From Nitrospirota bacterium (GTDB taxonomy: Bacteria; CG2-30-53-67; CG2-30-70-394): DNA of 38,662 bases. Where the stretch lies: assembly GCA_050050395.1 (NCBI GenBank), contig JASFUG010000001.1, positions 1-38,662 on the forward strand, in the 5' to 3' direction. The notes below the pieces were generated by a model. The model ran no database searches, was not told the DNA's origin, and saw nothing but the letters and a program-made list of their open reading frames with translations. Each line of letters opens with the position of its first letter. The stretch's first letter is position 1. The position numbers were made by a program, and so were the translations under genes. Below, piece after piece: positions 1 through 11,300 of the stretch.

Positions 1-231
1 CCCGAGCATTCCCTGCAGCAGCACACGATTAAAATCGATCTGTTCAATAATTGCCGTGGCTTGATCCCGGATATCCAGGCCGGTGCGTCCGATCACAATC
101 AAAAGGATTGAGAGGACCAGTGCAAACAGCATCAATCCAATCGTACGCGGAAGACGAAAATAGCGATAATTAATAAAGCTAAAAACAGCCGACAGGGTGA
201 TCAAGACTGAAATAATGTTGAGTATATCCAT
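1..231 (-). CDS. Na+/H+ antiporter, CPA1 (NhaP-type), N-terminal fragment running off the window edge
   Basis: I translated this by hand; it is not in the ORF track. The reverse-strand ATG is at 231-229. The product MDILNIISVLITLSAVFSFINYRYFRLPRTIGLMLFALVLSILLIVIGRTGLDIRDQATAIIEQIDFNRVLLQGMLG has the hydrophobic TM1-TM2 pattern and the IDF..VLL.GML motif typical of NhaP-type exchangers. Confidence 0.7.
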   Translation of the reverse strand, partial: MDILNIISVLITLSAVFSFINYRYFRLPRTIGLMLFALVLSILLIVIGRTGLDIRDQATAIIEQIDFNRVLLQGMLG

Positions 232-546
232 TTACTTGATAAGGCGTGAGGCGTAAGAAGGTGCTCCCGGGAGCGCAGCTCTTTCATTGAGAATCACATG
301 AACGGAAATCTTTGCCAGAAATTTATTAAACCTTACTCTCGGTAAAGATGACGCCAAAGCAGAAGTTCTTCCTCTGTGGTCGGAGCAAGATCTGCATGGC
401 CGCTCTGACGGAACCGACTTGGAGTGATCTTTCAGCCATACCAGCAGGGATTCGCCGAGTCCGGTGCCCGGCGCCATCAGAGCGATGGTCAGTTTCTCAA
501 CAGCGACAGGATCTGCAATTCCAAGACATTCCGCTTTGACCTTCAT
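232..546 (-). CDS. hypothetical 104-aa protein directly upstream of the antiporter (stop TAA abuts the antiporter ATG)
   Basis: This ORF is in the track and I recognise no family. Its composition changes part-way through: the 5' half is moderate GC and the 3' half is AT-rich. It could therefore be an artefact spanning a junction. Confidence 0.3.
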   Translation of the reverse strand: MKVKAECLGIADPVAVEKLTIALMAPGTGLGESLLVWLKDHSKSVPSERPCRSCSDHRGRTSALASSLPRVRFNKFLAKISVHVILNERAALPGAPSYASRLIK

Positions 547-846
547 CCGGCTATGGTCGAGGAGCGGGTCCCTGTGACGGGGTAGGAGAGGGGAATTGCC
601 GCGGTCTGGATCGCTAACCCCTCGTGTCTATAGAACCCGTTTGGAATCCCCGGCGTGCATGCCGACGCCACCCGCGCCTGGCACCGCGTCTGCTGGGGAG
701 GAGATCGTCGGGAGAGCCTCCGCATCGGTTCCGAAAGGGCCGCGCTCCTCGGGAAGGGCCACAAACCGCCCCGCTTACCGCCCAACCTCACCCCGCCCAA
801 CGCCCACAACAGCGTGCGCGGTCGACCTCGGAAAAGCAATTTCTGG

Positions 847-1241
847 TCAGTCGAGGGGGACGACAACGTCCCCCCGGACGATGTGCTCATCGCGGGTGAT
901 GAGGGTGGCACCTCGGAGGTGTGTGGTGGCGACGATGATCCGATCGGCCGGGTCGCGGTGGGATGTGCCCGGAAGGCCGCGAGCTCGGCGGCCACCGCAG
1001 GGGAGATGCCATCGCAGCGAACCAGCGGCGGGGCGGTCGCCTGCTCCAGCCACTCGCGCAGCGGGAGGGTGAGGCGGATCCTCCCCAGCTCCGTGAGGGT
1101 GGCGATCTCCCAGAGGGAGATGTCGGAGACCAACAGGGGGGGCCGCGCGGGCCTGCGAGAGGGGTCGGCGCTCTTTGTGCGCCAGGTGATTCCCGCCTCG
1201 AACCACCAGAGCAGGATATGTGTGTCGAGGAGGCAGCTCAC
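847..1241 (-). pseudogene. vapC: PIN-domain toxin VapC, interrupted by a 1-nt frameshift near 968-980
   Basis: The N-terminal half (SCLLDTHILLWW...LLVSDISLWEIATLTELGRIRL...ISPAVAAELAAF) lies in the frame of ORF 543..1265. The C-terminal half (PGTSHRDPADRIIVATTHLRGATLITRDEHIV) lies in the frame of ORF 847..1206. The span is 395 nt, which is not a multiple of 3. The GTG start at 1241-1239 overlaps the antitoxin stop as GTGA. Confidence 0.75.
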
Positions 1242-1486
1242 CTGCCCCGAGCCTCGGCCTCCCACGCCTCCGCCGCGAGCGCCGGCGCGACGATGTTGCT
1301 CAAGACTTCCACGCTCCCGGCGAGCCTCTCCTGCGGATAGCCTCGGGCCCGATCGACCGCCGGCAGGAGCCGGGCGATAGGACGTCCACGTTTGAGGATG
1401 GTGACGCCCTCACCGGTGGCGGAGACCTCATCGAGAATCGCGAGACACTTGGCCTTGAAGTCGGTGGGGTTGATGGTTTGCCTTAT
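1238..1486 (-). CDS. Phd/YefM-family antitoxin with no canonical start codon (best candidates ATA 1486 or ATC 1474); possibly decaying
   Basis: My hand translation is (I)RQTINPTDFKAKCLAILDEVSATGEGVTILKRGRPIARLLPAVDRARGYPQERLAGSVEVLSNIVAPALAAEAWEAEARGR*. This matches the usual M.TIN.T.FKAKCL.LLD.V...GE...ITKRG.P.A.L.P pattern of the family. The frame is open back to a TAG near 1556-1558 and contains no ATG, GTG or TTG, which is why the ORF track does not list it. Confidence 0.55.
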   Translation of the reverse strand: MRQTINPTDFKAKCLAILDEVSATGEGVTILKRGRPIARLLPAVDRARGYPQERLAGSVEVLSNIVAPALAAEAWEAEARGR

Positions 1487-1609
1487 TAAGGGGAGCGGAA
1501 AATGTTTGACGGGTTGCCCGGCGGGCTCCGCCCGCCATGCCGGGCGAAGCCTGGCCTACCTCTGGGAGGCACAGCGGCGCAGCCGACAATGATAGGCCCC
1601 CCGCATTCC

Positions 1610-1638
1610 TTGACCCTCCTAGTGGGATGGAGTACAAA
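1610..1638 (+). promoter_or_regulatory. candidate sigma70 promoter for rplS (TTGACC, 17-nt spacer, TACAAA)
   Basis: The -35 TTGACC is at 1610-1615, followed by a 17-nt spacer and a -10 TACAAA at 1633-1638. This is about 30 nt upstream of the rplS ATG and its AGGAGAG SD. Confidence 0.35.
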
Positions 1639-1666
1639 ACGCGGCCCTGCCGCACAGGAGAGTGTC

Positions 1667-2005
1667 ATGAACGCGATTGCCAAGATCGAGGCCCGTTACA
1701 TCCGCGAAAATATTCCCGAGTTTCGGCCGGGTGATACGCTGCGCGTCCATGCCAAGATCCAGGAGGCGGGCAAGGAGCGTATCCAGGTCTTCGAAGGGGT
1801 GGTGATTGCGCGCAAGGGCGGCGGCCACCGGGAGACCGTCATGGTCCGCAAGCTCTCCAGCGGCATCGGCGTCGAGCGCATCTTCCCCCTGCACAGCCCG
1901 CGGATCGACCACATCGATGTGGTCCGCCGCGGCCGGGTGCGGCGTGCCAAGCTCTACTACCTGCGCGGCCGTACCGGCAAGGCGGGTCGGATCCGCGAGC
2001 GGTAG
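1667..2005 (+). CDS. rplS: 50S ribosomal protein L19
   Basis: I used the internal ATG at 1667, preceded by AGGAGAG at 1656-1662. The product [53 protein letters not shown]... is canonical L19. Confidence 0.95.
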   Translation: MNAIAKIEARYIRENIPEFRPGDTLRVHAKIQEAGKERIQVFEGVVIARKGGGHRETVMVRKLSSGIGVERIFPLHSPRIDHIDVVRRGRVRRAKLYYLRGRTGKAGRIRER

Positions 2006-2014
2006 ATTCGGCCC

Positions 2015-2689
2015 ATGGCCGCGAGCCGCGAGGCAGAGGCGGCGGGCCGGGCAGGACAGCTCGCCCTGTGGGAGGAGGCAGAGGCCACTCCGTACGGGTT
2101 TGATGCGGGCTACAGGACGGCTTCCGTACGGCGCATCGCGGGAGTGGACGAGGCGGGACGCGGACCACTCGCCGGGCCGGTGGTGGCGGCGGCGGTGGTG
2201 CTGTCACCGGAGCAACGCTTCATCGACCTGGACGACTCGAAGCGGGTGAAGGAGGCAGATCGAGAGCGGCTGTACGCCGAGATCGTGGCGCGGGCGCAGG
2301 GGTGGGCGGTGGGCGTAGCCGACGTCGACGAGATCGACGCGGTGAACATCTTGCAGGCCACCCGCTGCGCCATGGCCCGGGCGGTGGCCGGGCTGTCGCC
2401 GCCACCGGACCTGTTGCTGGTGGATGCGGTGGTGGTGCCGTGTAGCGTGCCGCAGCACGCCCTGGTGAAGGGGGACCGGCGCAGCGCGTCGATCGCCGCC
2501 GCCTCGATCATCGCGAAGGTCACCCGCGATCGGGTGATGGTGGAATACGAGCGGCGCTACCCGGGCTACGGTTTCGGCCGTCACAAGGGGTATCCCACCG
2601 CGGCGCACCGCCGCGCGTTGCTGGCCCTGGGGCCGACACCGATCCATCGCACGACGTTTCGTGGGGTGCGGGAGCTGCTCGGTGGCTGA
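2015..2689 (+). CDS. rnhB: ribonuclease HII
   Basis: The motifs GVDEAGRGPLAGPVVAAAVVL, DSKRV, ASIIAKVTRDR and GYGFGRHKGYPT are typical of RNase HII. About 40 aa of N-terminal extension makes the exact start uncertain. Confidence 0.9.
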   Translation: MAASREAEAAGRAGQLALWEEAEATPYGFDAGYRTASVRRIAGVDEAGRGPLAGPVVAAAVVLSPEQRFIDLDDSKRVKEADRERLYAEIVARAQGWAVGVADVDEIDAVNILQATRCAMARAVAGLSPPPDLLLVDAVVVPCSVPQHALVKGDRRSASIAAASIIAKVTRDRVMVEYERRYPGYGFGRHKGYPTAAHRRALLALGPTPIHRTTFRGVRELLGG

Positions 2690-3062
2690 GGCCGGGGACG
2701 AAGGGCGCAACTGGGGGCGCTGGGGGGAACGGCGAGTGCGGCGCTACCTGCGCCTGCGCGGGTATCGGATCCTGGAGCGGAACTACCGGTGCGGGTACGG
2801 CGAGGTGGACATCATCGCCCAGCGCCTGGGTGTCGTGGCCTTCGTCGAGGTGAAGACCCGCCACGGCGACGGCTACGGCGGGCCGGTGGCGGCGGTGACG
2901 CGCGCCAAGCGCGAACGGCTGCGCCGGGTCGCGGCCCACTACCTCCAGGGACGGCGTCCGCCGCGCCAGTGCCGGTTCGACGTGGCGGCGCTGTGTCTCC
3001 ATCCAGACACCGGCCGGCTGCGACTCGACTATCTGGCGGGTGCATTCGATGGGGTGGAGTAA
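2661..3062 (+). CDS. yraN: YraN-family (UPF0102) putative endonuclease
   Basis: WGERRVRRYLRLRGYRILERNYRCGYGEVDIIAQ...VAFVEVKTR...RFDVAAL is the YraN signature. The start is either ATG 2661 or GTG 2682, and either one overlaps the end of rnhB. Confidence 0.8.
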   Translation: MGCGSCSVAEAGDEGRNWGRWGERRVRRYLRLRGYRILERNYRCGYGEVDIIAQRLGVVAFVEVKTRHGDGYGGPVAAVTRAKRERLRRVAAHYLQGRRPPRQCRFDVAALCLHPDTGRLRLDYLAGAFDGVE

Positions 3063-3508
3063 TGCGTGCGGTAGTGCAACGGGTGAGCCGGGCGGAGGTA
3101 CGGTGCGGCGGTGAGAGGCGGGCGATCGGCTGGGGGCTGGTCGTCCTGGTGGCGGTCGAGGCGGGAGACGGGCCGGCCGACCTGAGCTACATGGCGGACA
3201 AGGTGGCGCGGCTGCGGATTTTCCCGAACGATTCGGGCAAGATGGATCGATCGGTGGTCGACGTGGTGGGGCAGGTGCTGTTGATCTCGCAGTTCACCCT
3301 CGCGGCGAGCCTCGCCAAGGGACGGCGGCCGGACTTCACGGGCGCCGAGCGTCCGGAGGCGGCGGCGGCCCAGGTCGAGGCCCTGGCGCAGGCGGTAGGA
3401 CACGCTGGCTGCCCCGTGGTGACGGGGTTCTTCGGCGAGCACATGGAGGTGGATCTGGTGAACGATGGCCCGGTGACGATCTGGATCGACAGCAGGAGAC
3501 GGCAATGA
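3062..3508 (+). CDS. dtd: D-aminoacyl-tRNA (D-Tyr-tRNA) deacylase
   Basis: [13 protein letters not shown]...LVVLVAV...[13 protein letters not shown]...[20 protein letters not shown]...KGRRPDF...[21 protein letters not shown] is canonical Dtd. The ATG overlaps the yraN stop as TAATG. Confidence 0.9.
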   Translation: MRAVVQRVSRAEVRCGGERRAIGWGLVVLVAVEAGDGPADLSYMADKVARLRIFPNDSGKMDRSVVDVVGQVLLISQFTLAASLAKGRRPDFTGAERPEAAAAQVEALAQAVGHAGCPVVTGFFGEHMEVDLVNDGPVTIWIDSRRRQ

Positions 3509-4764
3509 CGGTGCTGGAGGGGTTTGATTCCACGGTGGTGGCCGAGGCGCAGCGTCAGGCGGCGGTGATCGAGCGCGGCGTGGTGGAGATCTTGCCGGAA
3601 GGGGAGCTGATGCCGCGGCTGGCGGCGGCGATCGCTGGCGGCCGGCCGCTGCGCATCAAGGCGGGGTTCGATCCGACCGCCCCGGATCTGCACCTGGGGC
3701 ACACGGTGTTGCTGCAGAAGCTCAAGCACTTCCAGGACCTCGGTCACCAGGTGGTCTTCCTGATCGGCGACTTTACCGCCGCGATCGGCGATCCCAGCGG
3801 CCGGCAGGAGACGCGGCCGGTGCTGTCGACCGGGGAGATCGACGCCAACGCCGCCACGTATCTGGAGCAGGTCTACACCGTGCTCGACGAGAGCAAGACC
3901 GAGGTGCGCCGCAACAGTGAGTGGTTCGCCGGGATGTCGGCCGCGGATATGGTGCGCCTCGCCGGCCGGGGCACGGTGGCGCGGCTGATCGAACGCGACG
4001 ACTTCACCAAGCGCATGAGGGACGGCCGGTCGATCGGCGTCCACGAGCTGCTCTACCCCCTGATCCAGGGATACGACTCGGTGGCGCTGCGTGCCGATGT
4101 CGAGATCGGCGGTACCGACCAGCGGTTCAATCTGCTGATGGGGCGCGAGCTGCAACGGGCCGAAGGCATGGCCCAGCAGATGGTGGTGATGATGCCGATC
4201 CTGGAGGGGCTGGACGGCGTGCAGAAGATGAGCAAGAGCCTGGGCAACTACATCGGTATCCGCGAGCCCGCGGGCGACATCTTCGGCAAGACCATGTCGA
4301 TCTCCGATGAGCTGATGATGCGCTACTACGAGCTGGTTAGCGATCTGGCCGGCGAGGAGCTGGAGGCTCTGAGGGCGGGTCTTGCCGACGGAACCACGAA
4401 CCCCATGGCGGCCAAGAAGGCCCTCGCCTTCGAGTTGACCGCGCGCTGCCATGGGCCGGCGCTGGCGAACAAGGCACAGTCGATGTTCGAGCGCCAGGTC
4501 CAGGGACGCCAGCGGCCGGACGAGATCCGCGAGGTGGAGATCGTGTTCGAAGGACAACAGGCTTGGCTGCCGGCCATCCTGGTCCGCGCCGGCCTGGCGC
4601 CGTCGACGACCAAGGCGATCAGCCTGATCCGTCAAGGGGGAGTGCGTGTTGAGGACGAGCGGATAACCGATAAGGATTACCAGCTTTCCGCCGTGAAGCC
4701 GGTGGTGGTGCGAGTCGGCAAACGCAATTACGCCAGGATCATTCCCCGATTGCAGTCGCGTTGA
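3505..4764 (+). CDS. tyrS: tyrosine--tRNA ligase
   Basis: The class I HIGH-type motif (DLHLGHTV) and KMSKS ([12 protein letters not shown]) are present, and there is a C-terminal S4-like domain ([15 protein letters not shown]). The ATG overlaps the dtd stop as ATGA. Confidence 0.95.
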   Translation: MTVLEGFDSTVVAEAQRQAAVIERGVVEILPEGELMPRLAAAIAGGRPLRIKAGFDPTAPDLHLGHTVLLQKLKHFQDLGHQVVFLIGDFTAAIGDPSGRQETRPVLSTGEIDANAATYLEQVYTVLDESKTEVRRNSEWFAGMSAADMVRLAGRGTVARLIERDDFTKRMRDGRSIGVHELLYPLIQGYDSVALRADVEIGGTDQRFNLLMGRELQRAEGMAQQMVVMMPILEGLDGVQKMSKSLGNYIGIREPAGDIFGKTMSISDELMMRYYELVSDLAGEELEALRAGLADGTTNPMAAKKALAFELTARCHGPALANKAQSMFERQVQGRQRPDEIREVEIVFEGQQAWLPAILVRAGLAPSTTKAISLIRQGGVRVEDERITDKDYQLSAVKPVVVRVGKRNYARIIPRLQSR

Positions 4765-4767
4765 GCC

Positions 4768-5790
4768 ATGGAGCGAGGACGGCTTCCTCTCGGGTCCCAC
4801 CGGACCCCGGGTCGGCCCGCGGCCGCACGGCGTGCCTGGGCACTGTGTGTGTGTCTGGTCGTTTCCTTGATGGGATGTGGGGGCGGTGACGGCGGTGGCG
4901 GCGCGACCAGCGACGATACTCTACAGATTCTCACCCTCACCCAGACCGAGCCCTCCAGACCGGAAACTGACGGCGAGATCGAGGTTGATCCCCTCGGGCG
5001 TGGCGCCCTGGTCGGGACCCAGACCCCGGTCATCTTCATCCACGGGTTCGACTTCCCCCTTGGGGGCCGCTCCCCCGAGCAGCAGATGGACGACATCATC
5101 GCCGCCGTCCCCGAGCGCTTGGTGGAGTGGCACGAGCGCTATCAAGCGTGGCTTTACCTCTACGATCCTCTGAAGGACCTGGCGGACTCGGCGGACGAGC
5201 TCGCCGGCGAGCTGCGCCGCCTGCAGTTCCAGGGGGATTTGATCCTGGTCGGTTATAGCCAGGGGGGACTGGTGGCGCGGAGTTTCGACACGCGGTTTGC
5301 CGGGGAGTTCCCGGTCTCGCGGTTGATCATGATCGCCACGCCCAACGCCGGCCTGCCGCTCGACGCGATGAAGGCGATGTTGCTCGACGACATCGATGAC
5401 CTGCCGGATCCCCTGCCGACCACCTTCCTGCGGGAGGTGGCACGGACGATCTACCGTGAGGTGTTCGACGAGCGCGAGGTCTCGGAGGATCTGCGGGAGG
5501 GTAGCGGCTTTCTCACCAGTCTTGCCCCACCGAGGGAGTACTACTACGCGATCGCCGGTGTCGGTGCCGATGCAAACCTTTTCCTTGACTACGTATCCAA
5601 CCTCGATCTCTACGATGGGCTGGCCAACGACGGGCTGGTCTCGGTGGAGAGCGTCGAAGCCGGCCTGATACCCGGGCGGACCGCAGAGCTCGCACCCGGC
5701 CGTGGGTACCCCAACAAGTCCCACTTCAGCATCATCCGAACGGACTCGGTCTTCGAGGCGGTGGCGGAGTTGCTGCAAACGGGCCCCTAG
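4768..5790 (+). CDS. alpha/beta-fold hydrolase (lipase/esterase-like) lipoprotein
   Basis: The N-terminus is signal-like with the lipobox SLMGC. It also has VIFIHGF and the nucleophile-elbow motif GYSQGG. The substrate is unknown. Confidence 0.6.
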   Translation: MERGRLPLGSHRTPGRPAAARRAWALCVCLVVSLMGCGGGDGGGGATSDDTLQILTLTQTEPSRPETDGEIEVDPLGRGALVGTQTPVIFIHGFDFPLGGRSPEQQMDDIIAAVPERLVEWHERYQAWLYLYDPLKDLADSADELAGELRRLQFQGDLILVGYSQGGLVARSFDTRFAGEFPVSRLIMIATPNAGLPLDAMKAMLLDDIDDLPDPLPTTFLREVARTIYREVFDEREVSEDLREGSGFLTSLAPPREYYYAIAGVGADANLFLDYVSNLDLYDGLANDGLVSVESVEAGLIPGRTAELAPGRGYPNKSHFSIIRTDSVFEAVAELLQTGP

Positions 5791-5871
5791 GATGCTATTA
5801 TTTTTTAGTTAAGGGTGTGTTCGGCGTGTAACTCCTTGAAAAAACAGGGGGAGCTGTTTTCGGAAAGGGTG

Positions 5872-5900
5872 TTGACTCGGGGGCACCCGGTGAGTACAGT
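5872..5900 (+). promoter_or_regulatory. candidate rRNA operon promoter (TTGACT, 17-nt spacer, TACAGT) with an AT-rich UP-like tract upstream
   Basis: TTGACT is at 5872-5877, followed by a 17-nt spacer and TACAGT at 5895-5900. An AT-rich stretch (CTATTATTTTTTAGTTAA) lies at about 5795-5812. Confidence 0.5.
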
Positions 5901-5950
5901 CCGCGTCCCTCGTGAGCGAACGTGTCGCCTCTGAGGTCGTTCTGTGAAAA

Positions 5951-5978
5951 GCTGGTAGGTAGTGTTTAGCCTAGCGGG
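5951..5978 (+). other. 5' arm of the long-range 16S precursor processing stem
   Basis: GCTGGTAGGTAGTGTTTAGCCTAGCGGG is complementary to 7649-7676, with 26 Watson-Crick pairs of 28 plus one G-U. Confidence 0.75.
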
Positions 5979-6030
5979 CACTGAGGTTAAGTGACCGGTA
6001 GGTCACGTTTGTGTTTGTCCGTTCAAACTT

Positions 6031-7594
<1,564 letters not shown>

Positions 7595-7648
7595 TTTCCT
7601 TCCGCGTGTGGTTTGCCATGCGTGTAACAGGAAATCACCTAGGTCGAT

Positions 7649-7676
7649 CCCGCTAGGCTAAACACTGCCCACCAGC
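7649..7676 (+). other. 3' arm of the 16S precursor processing stem
   Basis: CCCGCTAGGCTAAACACTGCCCACCAGC is complementary to 5951-5978. Confidence 0.75.
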
Positions 7677-7714
7677 TCGATACCTGTGGAGACGAGGGCC
7701 CCGTGTGTGGGGAC

Positions 7715-7791
7715 GGGCTTGTAGCTCAGCTGGTCAGAGCACACGACTGATAATCGTGAGGTCGGTAGTTCGAATCTACCCAGGCCCACCA
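7715..7791 (+). tRNA. tRNA-Ile (anticodon GAU)
   Basis: GGGCTTGTAGCTCAGCTGGTCAGAGCACACGACTGATAATCGTGAGGTCGGTAGTTCGAATCTACCCAGGCCCACCA folds as a cloverleaf and sits in the usual ITS position. Confidence 0.95.
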
Positions 7792-7837
7792 GCGGTTCGA
7801 CCATTACTCCCATACGCCTATCGCGGCAGTCCTCCTT

Positions 7838-7913
7838 GGGGGATTAGCTCAGTTGGGAGAGCGCCGGCTTTGCAAGCCGGAGGCCAGCGGTTCGAACCCG
7901 CTATCCTCCACCA
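7838..7913 (+). tRNA. tRNA-Ala (anticodon UGC)
   Basis: GGGGGATTAGCTCAGTTGGGAGAGCGCCGGCTTTGCAAGCCGGAGGCCAGCGGTTCGAACCCGCTATCCTCCACCA contains the G3:U70 identity pair. Confidence 0.95.
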
Positions 7914-7964
7914 AAAGGAAAGCTTCAGTTCCATGCGACTGCTTGTGACTGAAGCTTTCCTTTT
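7914..7964 (+). other. perfect 16-17 bp hairpin with flanking A/T tracts in the tRNA-Ala/23S spacer
   Basis: The left arm AAAGGAAAGCTTCAGT (7914-7929) pairs with ACTGAAGCTTTCCTTT (7948-7963) around an 18-nt loop. The element has the overall shape of a bidirectional intrinsic terminator. Confidence 0.6.
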
Positions 7965-8045
7965 GAAGGTTTCCCGTGGTGCATGCCAACGGGATAGCTC
8001 ATTGACAAGAGAGAAGGTTCAAGGTGTAAAAGAAATGTTGGGCTA

Positions 8046-10990
<2,945 letters not shown>

Positions 10991-11045
10991 TGTATCCTGC
11001 ATTTCGGGCACCGTGAGCCTTCTCTTCTTGTCGATTTAATCCATT

Positions 11046-11156
<111 letters not shown>

Positions 11157-11162
11157 TTATTC

Positions 11163-11200
11163 GGCCCCACGGGCAGCTTGCTCGTGGGGCCTTTTTTTTT
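11163..11200 (+). terminator. rho-independent terminator of the rRNA operon
   Basis: GGCCCCACG (11163-11171) pairs with CGTGGGGCC (11183-11191) and is followed by a run of nine T. Confidence 0.85.
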
Positions 11201-11300
11201 CGCGCGGTGAGTTGCTCGTGATCTCTGGTGCTTTGTGTCACACGGTCCATTGGACTCATTGCCCGGGACCATGCACGTCGCGTGGCGCGGCGATGGAGGT

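Noticed and set aside
547-846. A gap of about 300 nt without a credible ORF between the 104-aa ORF and vapC. I inspected it for an ncRNA (tmRNA, SRP, RNase P, 6S).
   Set aside because: I could not find the conserved cores of any of these RNAs, such as the SRP GGAAGCAGCC-type motif or a tRNA-like CCA end. It may simply be degraded sequence at a junction. An Infernal scan is needed to say more.
596-1380. Plus-strand ORFs (158, 91, 241 and 125 aa) across the TA locus, and the long C-terminal extension of ORF 543..1265.
   Set aside because: They are antisense to, or in alternative frames of, the recognisable Phd/VapC coding sequence. The 240-aa ORF is the vapC N-terminal half read past the frameshift into Ser/Pro/Arg-rich out-of-frame sequence.
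3187-4800. A 537-aa minus-strand ORF that spans dtd and tyrS antisense.
   Set aside because: It fully overlaps two genes that have unmistakable family motifs on the plus strand. Its translation is low-complexity and rich in Arg, Pro, Gly, His and Leu, which is typical of stop-codon-poor shadow frames in high-GC DNA. I see no recognisable motifs.
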